DNA of 64,000 nucleotides, from IMG/VR virus record IMGVR_UViG_3300033069_001852; one strand, given 5' to 3'. The notes below the pieces were generated by a model. The model was not told the DNA's origin and made no database searches. It saw nothing but the letters and a program-made list of their open reading frames with translations. Position 1 is the first letter of the stretch, and each line of letters begins with the position of its first letter. A program made the position numbers and the translations under genes. Shown piece after piece: positions 29,324 to 39,876 of this stretch. Source of the stretch: a virus. Lineage: Duplodnaviria; Caudoviricetes.

Positions 29324-30916
29324 TTAACTCAGCTCACGTATGTTTAGAGAAGCCCGGGCCGTAACCAATGAACCAGATAGTTTGGTAAGACAATACGAAT
29401 AAATTCTGTAATCACCGTTAGCTCTTAAAACCAAAGCTTCATCATTTAGTTCATAATAAGGTTTCAAGTCAATATTATAGGTTCCCGAACCATAATAGAG
29501 AGTTACGAACTTAAAAGTGGTAGAACCTTCAATAAGCGCTGTGCCGGAATTATCCCAATCCACCGTTGAAATGGATGCGGATTTCCAATTCTGGCCTGTA
29601 ATAGTCTGAGGGTCGTTTATGATTTCCAATTTTACACTGCCACCGTCAACAAATAAAGCAAGGGTTTCGGGATACGCGGAAACTCGGTTTATTCCGCTAC
29701 CTAATAGATTTTGATAATGATTTCTAACAGAGAACAAGGGCGTTCTTGTGGTTACGGTTGTGCCGGAGCCGGTTGATTCTATCTCCGAACTTCGCCAAAA
29801 GGTATAATCCTCTTCCGCAACCGAATCAGAATATACCGCGGCGCAGACCGTGCGGATATCTGATGTTCCCGTTGTGACCGCGGCGTTAAAATTTTCCCAG
29901 CGGATGGGTAAGTGGGGAGAGTCCATATAGGGTCCAATACCCGTGTTGGCGTGTTCGTGTATGTTTGCGATAACACGTTCACCGTTCGCTTTCAATACTC
30001 CAAACCGAACCTCCCCTACTCCCAACCAAGCCATATCAATCCAATAAAGGTTTTCCTTGGATACGTCAATCTGGATTCCTGATAAACCTGTACCGTCTAG
30101 TTTATCACTTGACCAATTTGCTTGGGGAGTTTTTGTATCGACGCCTGTTTTTCTAACTACGGTGTTTAGGACTGAACCGCTCAATTCGAAAAATAAACCA
30201 TTGTGTTCGTCGAAGTAGCCCCAACGCCGAATATTATTGTTTCTTCCAGTATCACTCAACCCAAGGGTTAAAATCGTGGTCAATCCGGTTCCCGGAAGAT
30301 AATAGTGATAACGGTTAGTGGTGCGACTAACATAAGATCCGCTCGTAGAATTACACGATAGCAAAAAAGTAGCCGTTTCTGGTTGGTGCGTGGCCGAGCC
30401 TCCTGATCCGGTTACCACGCTTAATAAATCTCCATAATCACGTTGGGAGTGTTCGTATACCGCCAGGGCGCGACCCTGAGAAACTCTCAGATTTCCAAAT
30501 GCGTCAAGCGTCGGTTCGCCTTCCGCAAATGTTACGGATGCGGCCCCTTTTACGTTTACACGTTGGCCTTGAAATGGGTTTTCGTGGTCACTAATTGATA
30601 CAGACGGTATGTAGAGAACCGAAGCCGCTCCGGTGGAAGCAGCGGTGGCGTGGGTTACGTTGTTTACTCGTAAATTCTCACCTATCGTAGCCACCAATAC
30701 GGACGTGTTTTCTAAACGGATAAAAATAGTTCCGCTGATGATAGTTCCAGATATTTTAGAAATTTTACCAGTGATGCCAGAAGACTGCCCAACGACCGTA
30801 GATTCCAGTTCAAAATCTATGGACCCGTTGTCGTAATCCAATTCAACGATGATGCCGTGAGCAATTTTTTTACCTGTGCTATCCGGCGGAACTTGAACGT
30901 ATCCATTAAATGACAT
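29324..30916 (-). CDS. Virion-associated beta-rich protein (possible lectin-like fibre/decoration protein)
   Basis: VQVPPDSTGKK N-terminus; DAFGNLRVS, RRWGYFD..NGLFFE, WLGVGEVRFG, P.LPIRWE. Confidence 0.55.
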   Translation of the reverse strand: MSFNGYVQVPPDSTGKKIAHGIIVELDYDNGSIDFELESTVVGQSSGITGKISKISGTIISGTIFIRLENTSVLVATIGENLRVNNVTHATAASTGAASVLYIPSVSISDHENPFQGQRVNVKGAASVTFAEGEPTLDAFGNLRVSQGRALAVYEHSQRDYGDLLSVVTGSGGSATHQPETATFLLSCNSTSGSYVSRTTNRYHYYLPGTGLTTILTLGLSDTGRNNNIRRWGYFDEHNGLFFELSGSVLNTVVRKTGVDTKTPQANWSSDKLDGTGLSGIQIDVSKENLYWIDMAWLGVGEVRFGVLKANGERVIANIHEHANTGIGPYMDSPHLPIRWENFNAAVTTGTSDIRTVCAAVYSDSVAEEDYTFWRSSEIESTGSGTTVTTRTPLFSVRNHYQNLLGSGINRVSAYPETLALFVDGGSVKLEIINDPQTITGQNWKSASISTVDWDNSGTALIEGSTTFKFVTLYYGSGTYNIDLKPYYELNDEALVLRANGDYRIYSYCLTKLSGSLVTARASLNIRELS

Positions 30917-30951
30917 ATATTATTGCCTTTGATTGTAACTTTTTGTTTTAA

Positions 30952-32328
30952 TTATACTGGGTTGGCGTAATTACGTTCCAACGAAGAAACTAATGAAAAT
31001 GCGTTAGCATTCGAACGAGCGATAGTTCCTACGGTTGATACATATTGTCCCGTAGACAAACCGATGGCTACAAGTGTTACATTCGCGTCGGATCCGGATG
31101 TCCGTCCACCTTGATTGTTAAAATCATAGTCGAAGCTAAAATTTACGCTTGCTGCCCCATTTACCGAACCCGTTATAGGGAGGCCGTCATTGTCGTTGAC
31201 AATGATCGCGGAGGATGATCCGAAACCTCCGGCGGGAACACTGGTAAAAAACATTTTATAGGACGCAGATGGATCCGTTTGTAAATTGGTATTAAATGAA
31301 ATTGCGCCTGCGGCGATGAACGGGAAAGTTACCAGATTTGATCCCGTATCATAGAATTGTAGATTGTTGGTATCCGAAATCTGGAAATCGTCAATGTATA
31401 CGCCCCGGGAGGTTTTTAGAGTACTACCAACGAAGGTTAATAGAGAGTCAGCGGTTTTGCCGATGATACTGCCGGAGAATCCTGGCTTACCTGAGCCTGA
31501 GTTAATATTCGTGCTTTGGCGCAGTTTATATTGAACAAATTCATATATCTGTTGAGCCGTTCCTTGATTACCGTCGATGATGGTCCAAAAGGGATAATTC
31601 GCTCCGCCGATGTTGCGATACACTGAGCCCGTGTAGTAGTAAATGGACATGCTCGCATAAGGCGCAGTTGTAGCGATGGTAGAATCATCGGTTTGAATGT
31701 TGGTGTCAGCTCCATCACCCAACGGGAAAGAGTAAACTTGATAGGTGACGGAACTTTCACCGATTGATGATAGTTGAGACTGATCGTAAGTATAGCCCTG
31801 AGTGCGCACAAAGGCTTTAAAATAATTTCGATAATCCGCTGAGCCTGAATTGTAAATTTTAACCGGTTCGTTAACTGAACCTGTGAAGGTGACGTTTAGT
31901 GGTAGTTGTCCGGATGAACCGCTACCAGCTTGCTGGATATAAACCTGATCGGAGTCTTGTAATGAGCCGAGGGTTACGAAGCCCATCCATTCTTCGGTCG
32001 AAACGTTACTATTATTTTTTACTGACCAACCGGCGTCCCGGACCAGTTGTTGACTGGCACTAGCGCCATTGACTGCCGAACCCGTAAAATCCCAACCGTT
32101 GACAAAGTCGAATTTTTTCTCCGTGATGGATATGAGCGGAAATGGATATCGAACTAAAGTATCATCGGTGCGCCACAACTCTTTACACTTGGAATAGATG
32201 GCTTGAAGTGTCACGCCCTCATAGCCCAAGTTACCCGCGAGGTTGAGGCGAATCCGGCGACTCCCACTTTCAAAAGTTATTTCCGTATTTTTTACCAATA
32301 AATCCGGATCGGTTATTTTTGATGGCAT
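30952..32328 (-). CDS. Virion-associated hypothetical protein
   Basis: 458 aa, Ser/Gly/Thr-rich; C-terminal ERNYANP parallels DRNYSNP of the upstream gene. Confidence 0.6.
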   Translation of the reverse strand: MPSKITDPDLLVKNTEITFESGSRRIRLNLAGNLGYEGVTLQAIYSKCKELWRTDDTLVRYPFPLISITEKKFDFVNGWDFTGSAVNGASASQQLVRDAGWSVKNNSNVSTEEWMGFVTLGSLQDSDQVYIQQAGSGSSGQLPLNVTFTGSVNEPVKIYNSGSADYRNYFKAFVRTQGYTYDQSQLSSIGESSVTYQVYSFPLGDGADTNIQTDDSTIATTAPYASMSIYYYTGSVYRNIGGANYPFWTIIDGNQGTAQQIYEFVQYKLRQSTNINSGSGKPGFSGSIIGKTADSLLTFVGSTLKTSRGVYIDDFQISDTNNLQFYDTGSNLVTFPFIAAGAISFNTNLQTDPSASYKMFFTSVPAGGFGSSSAIIVNDNDGLPITGSVNGAASVNFSFDYDFNNQGGRTSGSDANVTLVAIGLSTGQYVSTVGTIARSNANAFSLVSSLERNYANPV

Positions 32329-32400
32329 AATAGTGTTTTATTGATTATCTATAAATATGTGTTGGTCGCTATAAAAACGAACATTATCTAATTTTTATGG

Positions 32401-35400
32401 TTACTCCGGGTTTGAATAGTTCCGATCAATGGTCTGTTGAATTGGAATTTCCACATCGGTGTTGGTTAAAGTGTATGCGGTCCGTTGAAAGACATAACCT
32501 AAGTTGTTGATAACAATAAACACAGGAGTATTTTGATAAAAATCATACGTATAGGTGTAGTCTCCGGTGGGGTAATCTGCTACGTAGCTCGCATCCAAAA
32601 TGTAAGAGTCGGCTTCCCGGATTATGTCAACTTTTGAACCGGAAGTTACTCCTGTTAAAGTGATCGTGGGTCGAGATACAGGATAAAATGATCCGGTATC
32701 AACGGTTGTAAATATTTGTAGTCCATCGATATACGAAGTCGCATTTGGTAATATGGCTCGGGAAGTTGCGGCCGTCTGGGAACAAGTCGCATAGGATAGG
32801 TTATTGCTGCGGATGACTTCCGATCCGGAAAATGAGCCGGTGATATCCGCTAAAATCAAGGTTCCGGTCACGCCTAAATCTTCATCTGCGACAACCCGGG
32901 CAATGGCATTGGTAATGGATCCTGTAATATAACGGTCTATAACAAATGGTAGGGCCTGGCTCGCATACCTTAATCCCGGCCGAGCCGTCAGCCGCACTCG
33001 CATATTGAAACCGCTTGTTGCGTCCACTACGCTTTCGGTTAAAGCGGGACCGATTTCAATCCAATCACCATAACCCGTTCCGGAATCGATTGCGACTTCT
33101 TTTAATAAGGAATAAGACGATGTGATCTGGTTTCCAAGCTCTGCGCCGCTAATAAAAGGGGAGTCCACTATAAAATCTCCAGGCAGTTTAAGTTCGGGTA
33201 AAAATCCACTGATTCCGTAGATTTTATATGGCCAAGTGTAGGTAATCGAACTTCCGGTTTCAAGGAAATATAATCTTCCTGTATTTGCGAACTGAACACT
33301 TCCTGTGATAGTGTAGGGTAGGGGGGAACGGGATGACGCATTGAAACAGAGATGTAATGATCCTGTATTGCTTTTCCAATCAAATTGATTAAAAATAATA
33401 TCGTAGACGGTTGTATAGGAGACACCCACCCCATCGGTTGTAGAACCTAACGCGTGAACCACGGCGTTCGTGGCAGGGCGTGCATTTGCCGCTGAAACAT
33501 TTTTTAGTTCAACCGCCAGGGGTGCGGTAGCTACATTACACAAAGGAATATCCGCGTTATTCGCATACACATTTTGCATTATTAAGCCCTGAGCATTGTT
33601 TACTCCCGTGACCAAATAGTTTGTGGACACATAATTTCTAAAACCACCAATGTTCCAATTGTGAATAAAATTGTCGTTGGATAAGACTGACACGTTAATT
33701 AAATTCGCGGCGGAATAATTGTAATCAATGTCAAAATTCAAAAAACGATTATTGGACGCCGCGTTAACTAACGTTAGGAATGTCAGACCAAAACCGGTAT
33801 TCTTGTATGGTTGTCTAAAACCATCAAAAACATTGTTGGCCGCATTATATAGATATATTGGTTGCGCAATCCCCCTGGCAACGGAATCCGCGATCAGAGT
33901 CTTCTTTTCAGGAACAAAATTAGAAGCAGTTCCACAATGTAATTCCCAGTGATGCGAACTTCCGACCAAACCACCGAACAATATTTCGGTGCCGCTACCT
34001 TGGGGGCCCCGACTCCACGTTCGGACGGAAGTCGGCATTTGATCTGCGACCGACTGGGAGACGGGAACCGTCGTAGTATTGTTGTGGGGATGGGCTACTA
34101 TTCCTGTATTTAATTGAGCTTGCGCCGCCCAAACTTTTGTATTGGTTGGAATAATGCCCCGGCCATAAATTCCCACGGATGCGGTGGTGGTAGTAAAGGT
34201 GGGAGTGAAGGGTAAAGTAAACCGGTTCCACCCCTGGGTTGCCACGCAGGACGCACTGGCCTTGGTCGCTCCAATTGAAGCCGAAAGGGACATGGATACA
34301 CTGGAAGTCAAGGCGGCTAAATATACTGAAAAAACATAGGGCGTGTTAGCGATAACGGACACCGACTGGGTGACGTAGCCCGCAGAATTGGTAAATAATA
34401 ATTGATCGCCGGATAAAACTGCGCTCGTACCAATCAAGGTATCATTTGGACATATCCTAGCGCCCGCCGTCACCGTGACATTGCTTTTAAACCACGTTGC
34501 GTTATCAAATACAGACGATTGTAATATTAGATTCGAAGAAGTGGGTGCGGCAAGGGGGATAAATATCTGCGGCGCGCTATCACTATAAACTCCTGAAGTG
34601 CTAAACTTTCTGAGTACATAGTAGTATGGTTGGCCATAAGTAAATCCGGTGCCGCCCAACAATGAGCCGGTGTCATTGAAAGTGACCGTGGCGACGGTTG
34701 AGGATGAATAAACCATCACGGCGGATGCGGTATCATCAAACGATTCCGTCTGCCGGAATATCTGATAACCTAATGACGGATCACGCCGAATCCAGACACA
34801 CGAAGCGGTTGTCGCCAGGGGGCCAGGTCCCGCGCCCGTGTTGATGGGGAAAACTCCGAAATAATCCGGATGATTCCTGGCATCCGCTCCGCTGGCGGTA
34901 TAGGGCGTTGCGGAGAATGGTCGGCTGTCAACATATTCGGAGCCCGTCTGGTAATAATAGGGTAAATCATTGTTCACCGATTCGGTGAATTGAGTATTAC
35001 GGAAGGAACGAAATTTATACCAATAAGGTTGACCCAGAACATACGGCGCATTGGTCAGAGGGTCAATGCCACGGCGCCAGTTGGAAGTAAAACCATAACT
35101 CCCTCCGTTATAACCCTGAGAATGAGTGATGGCAGTAAAAGTATTACCGATGCTGTTTTGAATATTGAAGGCTTCGCCCCCATACATTTCAAGATTGGTA
35201 AATTCTGAATCGTTGACGAAGTTTAGACATAAACCATAATCAAAGTTTTTCGGATTGAAAAAGTTAAAGGTTTTTAATTTATTTATGGTTAAATTGGTGG
35301 CATTATTAATATACACCGTTCCCGTGAAGGTCGCGGCGGTGGCTGTGTTTTGGTTGGAGGCCAGAGCCACTCTGCCGAAGTTCGCAACATACATCTTATT

Positions 35401-36405
35401 GATATTGGCGCCATTGATGTACGACCATATGATCCCACCCTGGGTGCCGCCCCAACGTTGATCCCGGGTGATCCAGCCGGAGGCTAAAGTAAAATAACGA
35501 CGCACAGGATGAGAAGCAAAGGCGACGTTGTCAATGGTCAATGAATAACATTCCGATATCGTGGGATATTCCGACCAGGCGCAGTTTTTCATTTCACAAA
35601 TTTGCGCCTGGGTAAAATTAGCCCACGCTTCATCAAACAATGCGGTATTACACCGAAACACGCCGCCGGCGGTATAGACAAAGTTACAGCTGGTCGCGCT
35701 GGTGGCGGTCTGTAAATTCAATGGCGTTACGTCGGTGAGTATTATGTTGGGAATCCGAATCCGGGACTCAGAAGGAAATACATTTCCGTTGCCATTACCA
35801 TCGCCGCAGGCTAAGGATGCGGTATACAATAATGGAAAACCACTTTCAATGGGCGATAAAGCACTGGCGGACCGGCTGCCGGTAAAATTGGTGGGGTAAG
35901 GTTCGTTGATAGTCGCCTGAGTGAAAAATTTCCCTGCGCTACCCGTCCACGCAAAGTCCAAATTCTTCTTAAAAAATTGTTGGGCTTCACCAACCGTCGT
36001 GGTTAAATTCATCCACGGTTCAAAATCATTTGAGCCAGATGCGGTCTCAACCCAGATTGCCGGCACGGAATCGGTGTAGGGGTTGATTATGGTTTGATAT
36101 GGCGTGCCGTCGCCATTATCCAAATATATCCAGCTACCCGTTATTTCGACAGAACCTAAACCTGATGTGGGGGTGATTGAATTGGCTGTCGCGCCGCTGC
36201 TCCGCCCCATCATAAAACGAATGGGGATTGTACTTGAAGTGTTTTGGATGAATAAGTTTCCGTTATTGATGGTGACGCTTTTCCAACATTTTATCTGCGA
36301 CGTATCTACGGTCACCACTGCGCCGTTATTGATAACCAAACTATCGAAGTTGGCAAATGCGACATTTGCCATATTTACACTTGATGTTATTGTTATTGTA
36401 GCCAT
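32401..36405 (-). CDS. Large fibre/tailspike-like protein with beta-helix-like and carbohydrate-binding-like segments
   Basis: 1334 aa; Asn-rich periodic segments; NLILQSSVFDNATW...YVFSVY..GWNRF...WAAQ CBM-like insert. Confidence 0.55.
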   Translation of the reverse strand: MATITITSSVNMANVAFANFDSLVINNGAVVTVDTSQIKCWKSVTINNGNLFIQNTSSTIPIRFMMGRSSGATANSITPTSGLGSVEITGSWIYLDNGDGTPYQTIINPYTDSVPAIWVETASGSNDFEPWMNLTTTVGEAQQFFKKNLDFAWTGSAGKFFTQATINEPYPTNFTGSRSASALSPIESGFPLLYTASLACGDGNGNGNVFPSESRIRIPNIILTDVTPLNLQTATSATSCNFVYTAGGVFRCNTALFDEAWANFTQAQICEMKNCAWSEYPTISECYSLTIDNVAFASHPVRRYFTLASGWITRDQRWGGTQGGIIWSYINGANINKMYVANFGRVALASNQNTATAATFTGTVYINNATNLTINKLKTFNFFNPKNFDYGLCLNFVNDSEFTNLEMYGGEAFNIQNSIGNTFTAITHSQGYNGGSYGFTSNWRRGIDPLTNAPYVLGQPYWYKFRSFRNTQFTESVNNDLPYYYQTGSEYVDSRPFSATPYTASGADARNHPDYFGVFPINTGAGPGPLATTASCVWIRRDPSLGYQIFRQTESFDDTASAVMVYSSSTVATVTFNDTGSLLGGTGFTYGQPYYYVLRKFSTSGVYSDSAPQIFIPLAAPTSSNLILQSSVFDNATWFKSNVTVTAGARICPNDTLIGTSAVLSGDQLLFTNSAGYVTQSVSVIANTPYVFSVYLAALTSSVSMSLSASIGATKASASCVATQGWNRFTLPFTPTFTTTTASVGIYGRGIIPTNTKVWAAQAQLNTGIVAHPHNNTTTVPVSQSVADQMPTSVRTWSRGPQGSGTEILFGGLVGSSHHWELHCGTASNFVPEKKTLIADSVARGIAQPIYLYNAANNVFDGFRQPYKNTGFGLTFLTLVNAASNNRFLNFDIDYNYSAANLINVSVLSNDNFIHNWNIGGFRNYVSTNYLVTGVNNAQGLIMQNVYANNADIPLCNVATAPLAVELKNVSAANARPATNAVVHALGSTTDGVGVSYTTVYDIIFNQFDWKSNTGSLHLCFNASSRSPLPYTITGSVQFANTGRLYFLETGSSITYTWPYKIYGISGFLPELKLPGDFIVDSPFISGAELGNQITSSYSLLKEVAIDSGTGYGDWIEIGPALTESVVDATSGFNMRVRLTARPGLRYASQALPFVIDRYITGSITNAIARVVADEDLGVTGTLILADITGSFSGSEVIRSNNLSYATCSQTAATSRAILPNATSYIDGLQIFTTVDTGSFYPVSRPTITLTGVTSGSKVDIIREADSYILDASYVADYPTGDYTYTYDFYQNTPVFIVINNLGYVFQRTAYTLTNTDVEIPIQQTIDRNYSNPE

Positions 36406-36421
36406 ATTATATTAATAAGTA

Positions 36422-37360
36422 TCATCCTAATGACTTGGAGACGCCTGCGAACATAGAACCGGAGTATAATACCGTTACGACACAGACCGTGGTCCCAAAC
36501 TGACCCCCAAGTTTATAAGTACAATCGGATATCTGATTGAGTGGCCCGGCGTAAGTGACATTGGAATAATCGTAGGGTGGGAGGGCCAGACCACTACTAC
36601 CTCCGTTCAACGCATAAGAGGCAGTCGTCGCATAGGAAGCGGAGGTGGCTTGAGTTGCGTTGGAAATTGAACCACTAAAATAACTTGCGGTCAATGCGAC
36701 GGATGCGGTGATATTCCAGGTCGAACCCGAAGTAATGACTGCGCCTCCCGAGCCGCCTCCGTTTAACGCATAGGAAGCGGTCAGGGCATAACTCGCGGTT
36801 TGGGCCGTGATCGTAATGGAAGCAGTATCCGCCCAGGACGCAGTAATGGGATATTTTGATCCCGTATTAAGGGTTGTGCCTCCAGGGCTGCTATTTAAAG
36901 CGTAAGATGCGGTCCGGGAATAGGATGCGCTCAACGCATCTACTGACAATGAGGCCGTTTCGGCAAAAGTTGCGCTGAGCGCATAAGACGCGGTATCCGT
37001 AAAAATTGATGTGAGGGCAAGCGGCGCATACTCCGCATAGGATGCGCTATTTGCGACGGAGACATAAGAAGCCGTCCGAGCATAAGAACTGGAAAGGGCA
37101 GCTAAAGAAGCAGAGGCCCATGAGGAAGAGTATTGATAGTAATTGATGACGGCGGAGACGGATGCGCTGGCGACCGTCATTGAGGCGGTAACATCACTAG
37201 TTATTACTGAGTTGCCCGCGGAGCTCGAAGGAATATAAAATACTACATTGCCCAGACCATCCAAGACATAAAGATCCGTGGCCTGAACATATTGTTGTAA
37301 TACATCCTGGTACGAGCGGCTTATGAATTGGTTTGTGAGGTCACGGGACAGAAATCTCAT
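36422..37360 (-). CDS. Short Ser/Ala-rich fibre-like protein (ASYA repeats)
   Basis: Many TASYA/SASYA and YPITASW motifs shared with the two long fibre genes. Confidence 0.65.
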   Translation of the reverse strand: MRFLSRDLTNQFISRSYQDVLQQYVQATDLYVLDGLGNVVFYIPSSSAGNSVITSDVTASMTVASASVSAVINYYQYSSSWASASLAALSSSYARTASYVSVANSASYAEYAPLALTSIFTDTASYALSATFAETASLSVDALSASYSRTASYALNSSPGGTTLNTGSKYPITASWADTASITITAQTASYALTASYALNGGGSGGAVITSGSTWNITASVALTASYFSGSISNATQATSASYATTASYALNGGSSGLALPPYDYSNVTYAGPLNQISDCTYKLGGQFGTTVCVVTVLYSGSMFAGVSKSLG

Positions 37361-37372
37361 ACCTTATAACTA

Positions 37373-37945
37373 TTACGTAATCAAGGATGCCACTTCTTTT
37401 ATCAATTGGTTTTGTCGCTTTGGATCGGAGATTTTGTTAATGCGGAAGTATTCTTTGATAACTTGTTTGAAATTGTTTCGTTTGGAGGTGGCTAGATTTG
37501 AACGATTGATGCCGAATTTGTTCAATACGGTGGTAATTTCAAAAAGCAAACTATCGTTCGGACGGGGTTTTGAACTTACGGGAACGGATACTTTCGGAGG
37601 GGAGATGGAAAGCGTGGGTTTCGTTGGAGTCGTCTGTTCTTTGACTTGGACTTTTAACTGAGTGTGTTCTTCAACGATAAAGTCGTCTTGCCACGGTCGA
37701 AAATAGGTGTCTTCAACTACCACTTCAAGATGTATCTTTCCGGTTACACTTTCCTCTAACAAGCCCCGCAGCCGTTTAATTGGCACGATACATTTGCCAT
37801 TTTTCAATTCTCCACGGAACATCAAATTTAAGCCATCCTGGGCTTCCACGATAATACGGGCAAAAGCATCCTTCAGTGATGCGTTTTTTATTTGAACCGC
37901 ACACTCAAATGTCTCTGCTTTGTCAGTATAAAGTTTGTAAGCCAT
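37373..37945 (-). CDS. Hypothetical protein
   Basis: 190 aa ORF in the minus-strand operon. Confidence 0.7.
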   Translation of the reverse strand: MAYKLYTDKAETFECAVQIKNASLKDAFARIIVEAQDGLNLMFRGELKNGKCIVPIKRLRGLLEESVTGKIHLEVVVEDTYFRPWQDDFIVEEHTQLKVQVKEQTTPTKPTLSISPPKVSVPVSSKPRPNDSLLFEITTVLNKFGINRSNLATSKRNNFKQVIKEYFRINKISDPKRQNQLIKEVASLIT

Positions 37946-37946
37946 A

Positions 37947-38270
37947 TTATTCCTCTGCTATAGTTATATCAATTCCCGCTACCGCTTTAATTACCAGTTC
38001 CACGTCTCTGGCATTAACCACGATATCCGTTTTTACTTCTTTCGTCTCATCGTAGCGTGAACCGTCCTTAATCTTACATAACAAGCGAATAAATCGCTTT
38101 TTTTTCTCATTTTCTTCGGCTGGGGTATTAAGCCAATCCGGAAGAAACGGCTTTGCGGAACTTCCAAACCCTTGAATAATGTCCTCTACTAACTGACATT
38201 CACTCCAGGTCCAGTTTGCTAAATCCCACGAAATATCACAATTACCCCAACGGTAACAAAACAAAGCCAT
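37947..38270 (-). CDS. Hypothetical protein
   Basis: 107 aa with a Trp-rich N-terminus; TATTTAT upstream on the minus strand. Confidence 0.7.
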   Translation of the reverse strand: MALFCYRWGNCDISWDLANWTWSECQLVEDIIQGFGSSAKPFLPDWLNTPAEENEKKKRFIRLLCKIKDGSRYDETKEVKTDIVVNARDVELVIKAVAGIDITIAEE

Positions 38271-38404
38271 ACAATGTAATAAATAGACGGATTACGAATT
38301 AAAATCCAATTTCTCTCTATTACCGAGCAGAGATATTTTGCGTTTACGCATTTCCGCTATGGAATGCTTTTTTAATTGATATTTATAACTGACCCATTTT
38401 CCTT

Positions 38405-39256
38405 ATGAAGACAACCAAAAAACAATTTCACCGCTTGCTTCAAGAAGTCGTAACGGAAGTTATTAGCGAAACCAAACCTTTATTAAATGAAGCCCTTTCT
38501 GCCGTTGTCGCCAAACGGCCGCAGGAAAGTATCGCAGAAGCCCCCCAAAAAAATCTTCCTGGTTCGGAGCCAGACAAGTGGAAAGCTATTTCCGGAGCCA
38601 ATCCATCAAAGCCTGTGAGTAATGACATCCAACAATTTGCTAAAGAATTATTGGAGAAAATTACAGACCGGCAGAGGAAAAAAGGATTTGATGATATGAA
38701 TCTCGGGAACGCTATTCTTGATATGATTAAATTTAAAATGAGCAAGGAGGGTTGGTCAAAAGGCCAATCAGACACCGACGCTCTTCAAGCCAGACGGAAT
38801 GCCGGCGATCCACGGGAAAGCATATCGGAGGGTATGGATGGAGAGAAAGAAGAAAGAATTAGGGCCGAGATGCGAAAATTGCTAAGCCACACTTTTCAGG
38901 AACCATTACTCTCCAAAGCTATAGACGATGCTATCCAGGCTATAAAGGACTCATTGGGCAAAACGAACGAACCATATAAATCTTCAAGTAATTCGGATAT
39001 TATGAAAATGAAGAAGGGATTGGGGTTTGATGTTAAAGATGTACGTGAAGATAGACGAAAAGAGGCTAATGATAAGTTGGAATTTGAAAAATGGCTAAAA
39101 CAGTTTAATCCTGGATTGACTCCGGATAATATTGCTTATGATATTGCGTTTGAGGCTTGGAAGGCGGGAAAAGCAGTTGGTTACAAATCAATTCAAATCA
39201 ATCCCAACTGGATAAAAGAATCCTCCACCGATTTAAATAATTATCAGAAAAAATGA
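38405..39256 (+). CDS. Hypothetical protein, probable processed head protein
   Basis: Leader with LLQE/VTE/ISE/LLNE and internal IAE, ISE, VRE, IKE junctions; TATTTATA upstream. Confidence 0.65.
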   Translation: MKTTKKQFHRLLQEVVTEVISETKPLLNEALSAVVAKRPQESIAEAPQKNLPGSEPDKWKAISGANPSKPVSNDIQQFAKELLEKITDRQRKKGFDDMNLGNAILDMIKFKMSKEGWSKGQSDTDALQARRNAGDPRESISEGMDGEKEERIRAEMRKLLSHTFQEPLLSKAIDDAIQAIKDSLGKTNEPYKSSSNSDIMKMKKGLGFDVKDVREDRRKEANDKLEFEKWLKQFNPGLTPDNIAYDIAFEAWKAGKAVGYKSIQINPNWIKESSTDLNNYQKK

Positions 39257-39876
39257 TTCAACTCACCAACATTTTAAAAGAAGTCTACTTTAATGGCTTT
39301 ACCGTCTCTGAAGCAGCGTCAGAGTTTAGTCGGCCTGAGAATTTCTATAAATACGCAGAAGGTAAGGGTTGGACAGCTTGGCGAGGCGGTAATAACAATG
39401 AAAATGGTTCCACCGCTGCGGCCATCGTTTTTGAGGGTGAGAACAAGAGTCGGATGTGGTTTAAAATCAAATATCCTGATAAACTATCTGAGTTTGTAGG
39501 GAGTTCGGTGTCAGAGAACCAACACGACTATAAGCGCGTTTATCGAGCGGGCAAACGAATTACTAATAAATGGATAAAAGAGGCTTATCGGATTAGAAAA
39601 ACCCCACGTAATTACTCTCCGGACGGGAAACCGATAAAACGCGGATGGCAGGAATGCTTTCAAATGGCTCTGGAGGCGGAGGGATTAAAACCCTATGTGG
39701 AGTCGACCGGCGTCGATTATACCAAATGGCACTCTATGAAAAAAACTTCGGATACTAATTCGGAGGAGAATGACCAAGACACCGATGAAACCGAAGCGAA
39801 TTTTCATAACAAATATGACGCCGAACCGAGCCAGCGGTCTGGATTGTCTTATACCCATTTACCGGATGATAGATGA
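39253..39876 (+). CDS. Hypothetical protein (paralogue of 39873..40370)
   Basis: MIQLTNILKE leader; shared W..EA.R..K and W.ECF..AL motifs. Confidence 0.7.
   Translation: MIQLTNILKEVYFNGFTVSEAASEFSRPENFYKYAEGKGWTAWRGGNNNENGSTAAAIVFEGENKSRMWFKIKYPDKLSEFVGSSVSENQHDYKRVYRAGKRITNKWIKEAYRIRKTPRNYSPDGKPIKRGWQECFQMALEAEGLKPYVESTGVDYTKWHSMKKTSDTNSEENDQDTDETEANFHNKYDAEPSQRSGLSYTHLPDDR

Noticed and set aside
38290-38375. Hairpin GCATTTCC-GCTAT-GGAATGC-T6 and a NUMOD3-like peptide (KKHS..RKRKIS) on the minus strand
   Set aside because: It lies between divergent genes where a terminator has no obvious transcript, the stem is imperfect, and the peptide has no convincing start.
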